Shown one piece after another: positions 1 to 7,546 of a stretch of 12,590 bases of DNA (within the stretch, counting starts at the first letter, position 1; every line of letters begins with the position of its first letter). The notes beneath the pieces are model-generated. The model was given only the letters and a program-made list of their open reading frames with translations. It was not told the origin of the DNA and ran no database searches. The stretch is from assembly GCA_029856105.1 (NCBI GenBank), contig JAHQWH010000235.1, forward strand, positions 1 through 12,590, given 5' to 3'. The DNA is from Promethearchaeia archaeon (GTDB lineage Archaea; Asgardarchaeota; Lokiarchaeia; Sigyniarchaeales; SOKP01). The translations under genes were made by a program, and so were the position numbers.

Positions 1-56
1 ATGAATATTGGAGTAATCGTTATGGTAAATCTTGGCGTGGAACTACGCCGATGTGA
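1..56 (+). CDS. C-terminal end of the group II intron-encoded reverse transcriptase/maturase (partial; frame 3: EYWSNRYGKSWRGTTPM*)
   Basis: The frame starting at base 3 is open to TGA at 54-56, 18 nt before domain V, where an intron ORF would end. 'EYWxxR' resembles the YW..R motif that follows the maturase X domain in many intron-encoded proteins. Only 17 codons are visible. Confidence 0.6.
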   Translation, partial: EYWSNRYGKSWRGTTPM

Positions 57-74
57 TCAGGGGTTTTGGGGCGC

Positions 75-150
75 GAGCCCCGTGCGGGGAAACTCGCACG
101 CGGGGTTCCTAAAAGAGGAAGAGGATAATAATATCCTCTCCTTATTTAAC
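75..150 (+). ncRNA. Group II intron catalytic domain V and branch-point domain VI
   Basis: Base pairing read directly from the sequence. Branch A144 lies 7 nt from the predicted 3' splice site (AAC|TTG), consistent with the AY-ending consensus. Confidence 0.92.
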
Positions 151-251
151 TTGAAGAGTTGCAAAATTCTGAAATCCAAAATTTTTCTTAAATTTTCTTT
201 TAAATAGCTTCACTAGTTAAGCAATGAAAACACCAAAATAGTTTAATAAAG

Positions 252-1112
252 ATGTATGTCAATCAAAAATTAGATGTTTGGTCAAATTTTTATTGGGAAC
301 GCGTTTCTCGAAACATTGGCCCCATAACTTATCAAGAACAAGAAACGATTAGGACTTCAAGGGTCGCAGTTCTCGGAGTTGGTGGGTTAGGCGGACCACT
401 TGCCGAGAACCTCGTGAGAGCGGGGTGTCAAAACTTAATAATTTGCGATTTCGATGTTTTTGACGAGTCTAATTTGAACCGTCAAAATTGTACCATTGAA
501 GACATCGGTAAAAGAAAAATTGATGTTATGGAAAATTTCTTGCGAAAAATTGACCCTGAAGTTAATATTAAGAAATATTTTAAAATTAGTGAAGGAAACA
601 TAAATTCCGTACTTAAAGGCGTGAAGGTGGTGGCATTAACTTTAGACGACCCCGCAACTTCGATCTTTATCGCTAGAGAGTGTCGGAAACGAATGATTCC
701 CATGATTGAATCTTGGGGGGTCCCTTTTCTTTTTACTTGGTGGTTCACTCCCAATAGCGTTGATTATGAGAACTGCTACGGTTTAGACACATATCATTAC
801 AATTATTCCGAGCTTGCAAACATGAAAAAGGAGGTAAATTTCGCCGTCTACCAAGCCTTATTACCGAAAGTTTTTCGAATGCCAGGTGTCAGAGAAAAGT
901 ACGACCGAGAGCCTGGGGCATTTGAAATGATGATGTCTGGGGAAATTGGAGCTCGCTCGTTTGCACCATATGTAAGAATAACTTCTGACTTTCTTTCGGT
1001 GGATGTAATTTTTTCTGGCATTCTTAAATTAAAGCCAATGAATTTAGCTCCTAACCTTAAGGGATTTGATTACATACAAATGAAAGTTCACGATTCTGTA
1101 TTAATAAATTAA
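252..1112 (+). CDS. ThiF/MoeB/E1-like adenylyltransferase family protein
   Basis: SRNIG...EQETIRTSRVAVLGVGGLGG (GxGxxG nucleotide-binding loop), DFDVFDESNLNRQ (ThiF signature), IGKRK. No CxxC zinc motifs. Confidence 0.92.
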   Translation: MYVNQKLDVWSNFYWERVSRNIGPITYQEQETIRTSRVAVLGVGGLGGPLAENLVRAGCQNLIICDFDVFDESNLNRQNCTIEDIGKRKIDVMENFLRKIDPEVNIKKYFKISEGNINSVLKGVKVVALTLDDPATSIFIARECRKRMIPMIESWGVPFLFTWWFTPNSVDYENCYGLDTYHYNYSELANMKKEVNFAVYQALLPKVFRMPGVREKYDREPGAFEMMMSGEIGARSFAPYVRITSDFLSVDVIFSGILKLKPMNLAPNLKGFDYIQMKVHDSVLIN

Positions 1113-1115
1113 GTT

Positions 1116-1451
1116 TTAATCTTTTCTTAATTTCGCTTCTAATTGGTTAACTCGATTTGCTAAGATTTCTAAAAGTTCGTTTCTCTCTTCTAATTTTTGT
1201 TTTAACTCGAAATCCACTGTTTCAGGTTCTTTCTCTCGTTTTTTGCTATTGATATAAAAAAGCACGAATTCCTTAAGATCCTCAAGCATTCGAGACCGAC
1301 ATAAAAGAATTTCTTTTTTCAATTGCCTAGGTTGGACTTTTCCTTTAGCAAACTCACCAACAATGTTTTTGAGCTCAGATAGCTCGTCCTCGTCGAATAT
1401 TATTTTTTCTAGTACCTGCTCGAAATCTTCGGTTTTTTGACTTTTCGCCAT
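1116..1451 (-). CDS. Small helical protein with C-terminal coiled coil; last gene of four-gene operon
   Basis: 111-aa ORF. Its start overlaps the upstream stop (TAATG) and is preceded by a GGAGG-rich tract. Heptad pattern LKQKLEERNELLEILANRVNQLEAKL. Confidence 0.8.
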   Translation of the reverse strand: MAKSQKTEDFEQVLEKIIFDEDELSELKNIVGEFAKGKVQPRQLKKEILLCRSRMLEDLKEFVLFYINSKKREKEPETVDFELKQKLEERNELLEILANRVNQLEAKLRKD

Positions 1452-4400
1452 TAAAACGCTTCCTCCTCCTCTCCTTCTAAGTATTGCTTGAACTTAGCAA
1501 ATAGTTCCGAATACTTTTCAAAAATCTCGTTGTTATTCGTTTCTATATTATGTTCTTCGAACTTAGTCTCTTCGCATTTTATTAAAAATTCCTTTAAATA
1601 TTCTTCAGAGAACGGAAATTGTTCTATTTTTGTTATGGAACCGATAAACTTTTCTATATCGGCGCTAGTAATCGCGTAGTTAACGCTATAATAAGAATTG
1701 TATGTAGCGTGAAGGAACTTTCTCAAGAGATTCTTACCGATTTTTAGCGATTTTTCGAATTTTTCGCTTTTAACAGATTGATGCATTTTAAAATATTCGT
1801 AGTAGAAGATTGGGGCGAAATGTTCGGCAAAAGCGTTCTTTAGGTTTTTAGCGTTAATTCGTTCTCTCTGTAAAGAATTTTCGGAACTATCGGATTCCAC
1901 ATCGAGTGGTTCATACGAGACCACAGCGTTTCTTTGGGCTTCGTAGTAATCTTCTAAAGCTTCCTTGTAGTGCGGTCCGACCGCGAAAGAAGTTTGTAGC
2001 GATTCTGAACCGCTTGCTCTTTGAGGATGGCTCTCAACCAAGTATCGATGTCTTACCAAAATATCAAACGTTTTATTTTTGATCTCTTTTTCCCTTTTTT
2101 TATCTTTCGTTATTTTTAAAATGTACGGATGCAACCATTCCGTTAGCTCCTTTCTAACTTTTTGCTCGTAAAGGTTACCTACTTGGTCTAACTTTTTCAA
2201 GTTGTTTAGAAATTTTATTATCCCCTCGATTAACACGCTATACTCTCCGAAATCTTTCTGGAACAAAGTCTTTTCTGCCCTTTGGATTATTTGTTTCTCG
2301 GTGTTTTCCAAGTCGTAGCCTTGATTTCCCATGTAGGTCACTATTTCTTCCCAAGACAGTGGACTCGTTTCTCTAAAACCTTTCAAGTCGAATTCTACAG
2401 GAAAAGGTTGATAAATGTCCTCTCGTTTAACCACAGCCTCGTTTTTTTTCATGCTCTCAATGTACCTCAATTGGTAGCCTTCGTTTCTACTGTGACTATA
2501 GTACCCCGTCCCGTGAAGAGCTTCCAAGTTCATTAGAGAACTAAATACTGCGCTATCTCTTTTATCGGTCGCTTTAAAAGTAACTATGTTCTCGAAATAA
2601 TTGAACGCGTTAGGATGTATATATCTAATTTGAGAAATCGAACAGATCGTCCCAAAACCTTTTTGTACGAAAGGTTCGAGAAACTTATCGATTTTACCGT
2701 AATGCATTTTTTTGTCTAGAAAAAACCCATCGAAAAGTACATCTAAATGCGGTACAATCAAAAACTTAGGGTAATAAGTTTTGTCTGTTTTTAAGTAGTG
2801 AATAAATTTAGATATAACTACGAACGCGAAGTAGCACTGTTTGTCGTAATCCTTTACTTCCGAAAGATCTATAATTATTGTTTTGTCGTGTGTTATAAAC
2901 TCGTAAGAAGGAGTAATTTCTTGCTTCTGTTGCTGTTGGTGGTGAATGAAGCTCATATCTTGGGGAGTAAATTCCTTGAAAAATGTTAGTAGCGTATCGG
3001 TAATAGGTGACTTCTCCCACTCCTTCATGGTAGTTAGGTCTAAAATTAAAGTAGATATGTCTATATCGGGATTGCGCAAGATAGTATTTTTAAAGGTCTC
3101 GATCGTCCTCTCGTCTTTTTTGAAACATAACGCGTAAGCATCGAACATGTAGTCTAAATAGCCTGGGTTGTCTTTGTCGTAGGGAATTTCCGAATGAAGA
3201 GGGTTAATTACGAAAGTTTTTCCAAGTTTGTGGTACAAAACATTTTTCTCGTATATCGTACCTTCGAAAACGCGCATTAATTTAGACCAATTACCGGTGA
3301 AATCGAAAACTATTGAGGGATACCCCGCTCTCACGAGTTCCGCAACGATTTTCTGACACAAAACTTCTCTACTCGAATTTTTCCCGTTTGTTATTAATAG
3401 GGTGCGTAACTGCTCGAGAGTGAACCCCATTGGAACTTCGTTTTCTAAGAACTCAGTGTTTATGGTGTGCCCAATAGTAATAAAGTTGGTTAATTGTAAG
3501 GGGGAGTTAAATTCTGCGGCTAACCTCGTCTCGACTCCCTTTTTGAATTGGTCAGAAACTTCTGTTATAAACTGAAGGGTTTTTCCTTGAAACATCAAAT
3601 AGTTTAAGTGAGTACCGTTCCTCCTATAAAACTTGTTTTTGAGCGTTTCGAACAAGAGGCCTGATTCTAACTCGTTTCTTCTAAGCTGTTTTAACTCGTA
3701 AGTAACAAAAAATTGTTTAAAGCTTTTTCGCAACACCAAATTTTGACTTTTTAACTTCTGCTCTATCTCGTCAATAATCTCATAGTCGAGAGCAAGAGCT
3801 TTTAAGACTACCGAAGTAGAATAAGTTATTATTGTGCTCCAGATGCCCGAGCGAGAGTTTAGCCAATTGTTTCCATCTATAACCGATTCCGTTCTCATTA
3901 ACAATTTTTTCTGCTCTACATCTTTTAGGAACTTAAAGCCTTCTTTATCGAACTGATGGAAAGTTAAAGGGGTTAGTTGAATCGTGGTGGTAAAAGGCAT
4001 TTTTTTGTGAATGAGTGCTTCGTAATACTTACTTGCAGAGCAATAAGGCGGTGGGTGGGTGAAATACATATTGTTTATTTTTATTCCGCCTATTATTTTT
4101 CCTTCGACTTGATAAAAAATAGTCTCAGGCGCTTCTGATACATTGAAAAACTTAACATCAGAAAAGGGATCGATGATTTGGATATCGTTCGATTTAAATA
4201 ATTTGTTTTTAATTAAAAAGAAAAATAACTCGCGCCACCAAATTACTACTATTGTTATAAGAATTGTAAAAGTCGCTAAAGAATGTATTACTACGGTTAA
4301 ATTAAATGTTAAAAGCAACCGATCCAAGCATATAACAATCGCTAAAATGTAGCTTGCTTTCAACACCGTAGGGATTGTTTTTGGTTTTATCGTTTTACAA

Positions 4401-5218
4401 CTAATTTTTTTCGAGTCTTCTTCGCTTTCTATGTCTTGCTTTAAAACCGCAATTCTATAGGCTTTTATCAACTCTTTTTCGGAAAGCTGAACTATGTTAA
4501 AGTGGTGGAAGTTGGAAGCAAACGCCGATTCTAAGGAGATCGCATAATCTCGGAGCTTCTCAACCATTTTTATTAATTTTGATTCGGTAATTCTCCCCTT
4601 GATGTTGTAAAAAGTGCTGAAGTAAATTATCGTTTCAAAAGCCGAAGTTTCAGAAGTATCGCTGTTATTTCTTGATTGAAGCGATCTTTGAATTACTTGA
4701 TACGAGAACGGCACTTTGAGAGCGTGTAATCCTTTAAAAAACCGGTTTGTGTTAGCGTGAACATTTTCTGGAATAACATTTATCTTAAAAATCCGAACCC
4801 CGGTAGTGCTGAGCTCTTTGTGGTTCGTAAAAAACAACACGGACTTGTCGTATTTAGCCTGCCAAAAGATGAAGTCCCCAAATGGCTCAAATGAGCGAGA
4901 ATCAAATAAGTGGCGCAAGCTAAAGAAATTCCTGTGGAACGCCATAATAAAACTAATCGTCACAATCCCTGCAATTCCGATGGAAAGCGCGAGGTTATAA
5001 GTCGCGTATAGCACAGAGGTAAAGAATAACAGTCCTATTACTACTAAGGAAACTGCTTTGAGAATAGTCTCGCTCGTGCTAACGTCTTTGTAAGAAGGAT
5101 TTACCTTCCACACGTCTAAATAGGCGGTATTGTCTTTTTTTTCGTTAGCGTCAGTATTTGGTCTAAACTTATTATTACTGTTTGAATCGTTCAAAAAATC
5201 TCTGTATGATTTTGCCAT
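1451..5218 (-). CDS. Large membrane-anchored HerA/VirB4/FtsK-superfamily ATPase-like protein with degenerate catalytic motifs and duplicated N-terminal TM+alpha/beta modules
   Basis: 1255-aa ORF with TM hairpins at about aa 53-95 and 285-335. ATPase-fold landmarks appear in the right order: TLLITNGKNSSRE (Walker A position), GYPSIVFDFTGNW, GKTFVINPL, IIIDLSE, FLIVPHLD (Walker B position), QKGFGTICSISQ, IVTFK...D, MKKNEAVV...QPFPV. AGGTGA RBS lies 9 nt upstream. Confidence 0.8.
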   Translation of the reverse strand: MAKSYRDFLNDSNSNNKFRPNTDANEKKDNTAYLDVWKVNPSYKDVSTSETILKAVSLVVIGLLFFTSVLYATYNLALSIGIAGIVTISFIMAFHRNFFSLRHLFDSRSFEPFGDFIFWQAKYDKSVLFFTNHKELSTTGVRIFKINVIPENVHANTNRFFKGLHALKVPFSYQVIQRSLQSRNNSDTSETSAFETIIYFSTFYNIKGRITESKLIKMVEKLRDYAISLESAFASNFHHFNIVQLSEKELIKAYRIAVLKQDIESEEDSKKISCKTIKPKTIPTVLKASYILAIVICLDRLLLTFNLTVVIHSLATFTILITIVVIWWRELFFFLIKNKLFKSNDIQIIDPFSDVKFFNVSEAPETIFYQVEGKIIGGIKINNMYFTHPPPYCSASKYYEALIHKKMPFTTTIQLTPLTFHQFDKEGFKFLKDVEQKKLLMRTESVIDGNNWLNSRSGIWSTIITYSTSVVLKALALDYEIIDEIEQKLKSQNLVLRKSFKQFFVTYELKQLRRNELESGLLFETLKNKFYRRNGTHLNYLMFQGKTLQFITEVSDQFKKGVETRLAAEFNSPLQLTNFITIGHTINTEFLENEVPMGFTLEQLRTLLITNGKNSSREVLCQKIVAELVRAGYPSIVFDFTGNWSKLMRVFEGTIYEKNVLYHKLGKTFVINPLHSEIPYDKDNPGYLDYMFDAYALCFKKDERTIETFKNTILRNPDIDISTLILDLTTMKEWEKSPITDTLLTFFKEFTPQDMSFIHHQQQQKQEITPSYEFITHDKTIIIDLSEVKDYDKQCYFAFVVISKFIHYLKTDKTYYPKFLIVPHLDVLFDGFFLDKKMHYGKIDKFLEPFVQKGFGTICSISQIRYIHPNAFNYFENIVTFKATDKRDSAVFSSLMNLEALHGTGYYSHSRNEGYQLRYIESMKKNEAVVKREDIYQPFPVEFDLKGFRETSPLSWEEIVTYMGNQGYDLENTEKQIIQRAEKTLFQKDFGEYSVLIEGIIKFLNNLKKLDQVGNLYEQKVRKELTEWLHPYILKITKDKKREKEIKNKTFDILVRHRYLVESHPQRASGSESLQTSFAVGPHYKEALEDYYEAQRNAVVSYEPLDVESDSSENSLQRERINAKNLKNAFAEHFAPIFYYEYFKMHQSVKSEKFEKSLKIGKNLLRKFLHATYNSYYSVNYAITSADIEKFIGSITKIEQFPFSEEYLKEFLIKCEETKFEEHNIETNNNEIFEKYSELFAKFKQYLEGEEEEAF

Positions 5219-5227
5219 TTTTTATAA

Positions 5228-6082
5228 TCACCTATTATTAAAATAAGTTTTATTTACGAAATATAGCACAACGATGGCCCCAAAACAAATGAGTAAGTTG
5301 TAGCTAATAGCCACAGATAAGAATCCGTACATTAAAGCCTCAATTAAAGATACGGTACCAACCATGGCAAACAAAATTATAATCCCGATAACTAAGAATT
5401 GCCCAACATGTTCCTTTGATTGCTTGTAAGAAATATTGTCTTTTAACGACCCCGATATAACGATTTTTCCACTTTTTTTTTGCTCGATACCTTTCCTAAT
5501 GGTTTTAAGTTGTAGAATTTTCTCAAATGTGTTCTTGTCGAATTTTTTATTTAGTTGATATTGAAGCGATTTTTCTTCTTCTTTAAATTTGTGAAGCAGA
5601 ATTGGGTTAAACAAGTTTTCTTTTTTATGTTTTGCTTTTTGACCACCCGATAAGAAAGAAAATAAGGAGATCGTGCGATTCCTATCTATAGACTCCGGAT
5701 TTATGTTGTCATGTAAGTTAGGAACATCTAACTTGCGAAGTTCGTAATATATTTCGAAAATTTCTTTAATATATTCTAAACGAAGCTCCCCTTCTTTTTT
5801 CAGGAATAAAAGTTCTATTCTCTTTAATATGTTGATAAATTCTAGTCTAAACACATCAACGCTAAAGTTTACCCTAAAAACCTTGTTTATGAGCTCCATG
5901 TATTCAAATATTTTTTCCCCTGAGTTTTTCTCTCTTGGGCGCATTCCTAATTTGATTCCAATTTCGTCGACTGTGTTGCTCGTAAGCACGAAGCTTACTA
6001 CAGCTAGCTTTTTATAATTGCGAGTTTCTTTACAGAGCTGAATCAAACGTTTGAGCTTTATGTCTAACAATTGCTCTTTCAC
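5228..6082 (-). CDS. Hypothetical membrane protein: soluble helical N-domain plus C-terminal TM hairpin (GTG start)
   Basis: 284-aa ORF starting 1 nt after the upstream stop. Two hydrophobic segments at the C-terminus (FLVIGIIILFAMVGTVSLI; AISYNLLICFGAIVVLYFV). Confidence 0.8.
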   Translation of the reverse strand: MKEQLLDIKLKRLIQLCKETRNYKKLAVVSFVLTSNTVDEIGIKLGMRPREKNSGEKIFEYMELINKVFRVNFSVDVFRLEFINILKRIELLFLKKEGELRLEYIKEIFEIYYELRKLDVPNLHDNINPESIDRNRTISLFSFLSGGQKAKHKKENLFNPILLHKFKEEEKSLQYQLNKKFDKNTFEKILQLKTIRKGIEQKKSGKIVISGSLKDNISYKQSKEHVGQFLVIGIIILFAMVGTVSLIEALMYGFLSVAISYNLLICFGAIVVLYFVNKTYFNNR

Positions 6083-6083
6083 T

Positions 6084-6842
6084 TTATCTTTTTCGCCCCC
6101 GAACTAATAAGAAATCGTCGTAAATCTTTTCTGCTTCGCTTTTAATTGTCGAAACCTCTTTTAAGGAATCGTTCGTAGATTCTAGTTTCAACTCTTCTCG
6201 AGCTATTAACTTGTCTAAATCCAAATCTTCTCGAGTGCTATTGATATATTGATTAATCTTATTTTCCACGCTGTTTTGTTCTTTTTCAAAAGTATTTATT
6301 ATTGAATGATTGAACATAGCGTAAGGAAAAGTACAAGCGAACGAGATTAGTTGGAGAAAGTATCCAGGACCTAACGAGTAGCTTAAGGTAATTTCTAATT
6401 CGTAATTGTAATAAACTAAAAAAGGGTAGTAAAGTCCATTAGGGAGCAAGAAAAACAACGGGTAGATTAAAACAAAAAAACCAATTAAAGTTAACAAAGA
6501 TAAGTTGACGAACCCGAAATTCTTTAATCTAGAAAGGTTTTCTTTGCGTTCCGCGTCGAGAAATAACGCCGAATAAGCGGACAATAAAAGAACGACTAAG
6601 AAAGCGATAACAATGGCAATAGGCAAGGAAGCGTTGTTAGGCTCGTAAAAATCGTTAATGCCGGCGCCTTGAGAAAACGCGGTGCTCCAATCAAACAACA
6701 CGTTGTAAACCCAAGATATCACGACCTCGCCAGAATCGTTTACTCCTTGAAAGTAATACCAATCCAAAAAGACTGAAACAAAACCGAACAGTAGACCAAT
6801 CATAAAAATAATTTTGTATCCTGATTTAAAATATATCGTCAT
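6084..6842 (-). CDS. Four-TM integral membrane protein with charged helical C-terminal tail; first gene of operon
   Basis: 252-aa ORF with four hydrophobic segments. TM1 ends in FLDWY and TM4 is preceded by YSLGPGYFL, followed by a hydrophilic tail of about 70 aa. Confidence 0.82.
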   Translation of the reverse strand: MTIYFKSGYKIIFMIGLLFGFVSVFLDWYYFQGVNDSGEVVISWVYNVLFDWSTAFSQGAGINDFYEPNNASLPIAIVIAFLVVLLLSAYSALFLDAERKENLSRLKNFGFVNLSLLTLIGFFVLIYPLFFLLPNGLYYPFLVYYNYELEITLSYSLGPGYFLQLISFACTFPYAMFNHSIINTFEKEQNSVENKINQYINSTREDLDLDKLIAREELKLESTNDSLKEVSTIKSEAEKIYDDFLLVRGRKR

Positions 6843-6983
6843 ATTAGCTTAGACTCTAATAATTCATACTTATAGAATTAAAAAGAAAACAAGGTTTTAT
6901 AAAGAAAAAATTGAGTTTTTACATAATTAGATGTTATGAAAATGTGAAACTTAAAAAACAATTAGGTAACTTATGTATACAAT

Positions 6984-7002
6984 GATGTAAATTTTTTACA
7001 TC
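6984..7002. promoter_or_regulatory. Perfect palindrome, candidate transcription-factor operator in divergent promoter region
   Basis: GATGTAAA-TTT-TTTACATC (8-bp arms, 3-nt spacer) between divergent starts at 6842 (-) and 7055 (+). Confidence 0.45.
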
Positions 7003-7054
7003 GGAATTCAAAATAAATTATTACAAACAATTTTACAAAAAAAGGTTTAGATTT

Positions 7055-7423
7055 ATGAATATTAAAGTAAAATATTTTTTTACTATAAATTCTATATTAG
7101 CATTATTCTTCGGTCTTGGTTTTTTAATCGTTCCTGATTTCTTAATACCTCTATTTGGATTTCCAGATGATTCTCTTGGTTTTAGATTTTTCGGAGCTCT
7201 CGTTCTTGGAATTGGCATTCTTGCATTTGCAGTTCGAAATGAAGGTCCTTCTCCTGCAAGGCGAGCCATCATCTTTGACTTGTTCGTAGTTTATATACTA
7301 TTAGATATATTGAAACTTTTTTTCTGTGATCTTACAAACGCAATGATTTGGATTATGTTTGTCATCCATACAATATTCGTTGTAGCTTATGGAAATTTCT
7401 TACTTCATCCGGAAGAAGAATAA
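7055..7423 (+). CDS. Small four-TM hypothetical membrane protein
   Basis: 122-aa ORF, almost entirely hydrophobic helices (LFFGLGFLIVP, RFFGALVLGIGILAF...). Confidence 0.8.
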   Translation: MNIKVKYFFTINSILALFFGLGFLIVPDFLIPLFGFPDDSLGFRFFGALVLGIGILAFAVRNEGPSPARRAIIFDLFVVYILLDILKLFFCDLTNAMIWIMFVIHTIFVVAYGNFLLHPEEE

Positions 7424-7510
7424 AAACAATAAAGTAAGATTTTATATTAAAATTCTTTCTATTTTTTTTTATTATTCTTCTTATAGTATTTTTAATCCTT
7501 GTATAAATTG

Positions 7511-7529
7511 ATGTGGAGTAACTCCATAT
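7511..7529. terminator. Hairpin between convergent genes, possible terminator element
   Basis: ATGTGGAG-TAA-CTCCATAT (one G-T pair) between stops at 7423 (+) and 7547 (-). A T-rich tract at about 7455-7485 could also act as an archaeal oligo-T terminator. Confidence 0.3.
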
Positions 7530-7546
7530 AAAATTGTTGTAAATTG

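Larger units (their letters stand above)
1..150 (+). mobile_element. Group II intron, 3' end (distal domain IV, domain V, domain VI); truncated by window start
   Basis: 75-108 GAGCCCCGTGCGGGGAAACTCGCACGCGGGGTTC folds as a canonical 34-nt domain V: AGC triad at 76-78, GAAA tetraloop 89-92, AC bulge 98-99. It is followed by a domain VI hairpin (GAGGATA 121-127/TATCCTC 132-138; AGGA/TCCT; bulged A144) and a terminal AAC at 148-150. Confidence 0.93.

Noticed and set aside
1-207. 68-aa ORF in the supplied track
   Set aside because: It reads through intron domains V/VI and the splice site; the coding frame is more plausibly frame 3 ending at 56.
2920-2945. HHQQQQKQ tract in the large protein
   Set aside because: Mixed codons and too short to be a slippage repeat; probably a loop.
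482-5000. Short antisense/overlapping ORFs (482-754, 1488-1679, 2282-2536, 2798-2989, 2808-3020, 2946-3137, 4143-4352, 4806-5000)
   Set aside because: All lie inside long motif-bearing genes and have no recognisable features; shadow ORFs.
1440-5218. Two adjacent genes both start MAKS
   Set aside because: Four residues only; common N-terminal bias.
7021-7542. Imperfect inverted repeat (TTACAAACAATTTTA / TAAAATTGTTGTAA) flanking the 122-aa gene
   Set aside because: Short, AT-rich, needs an indel, and no target-site duplication is seen; compatible with chance.
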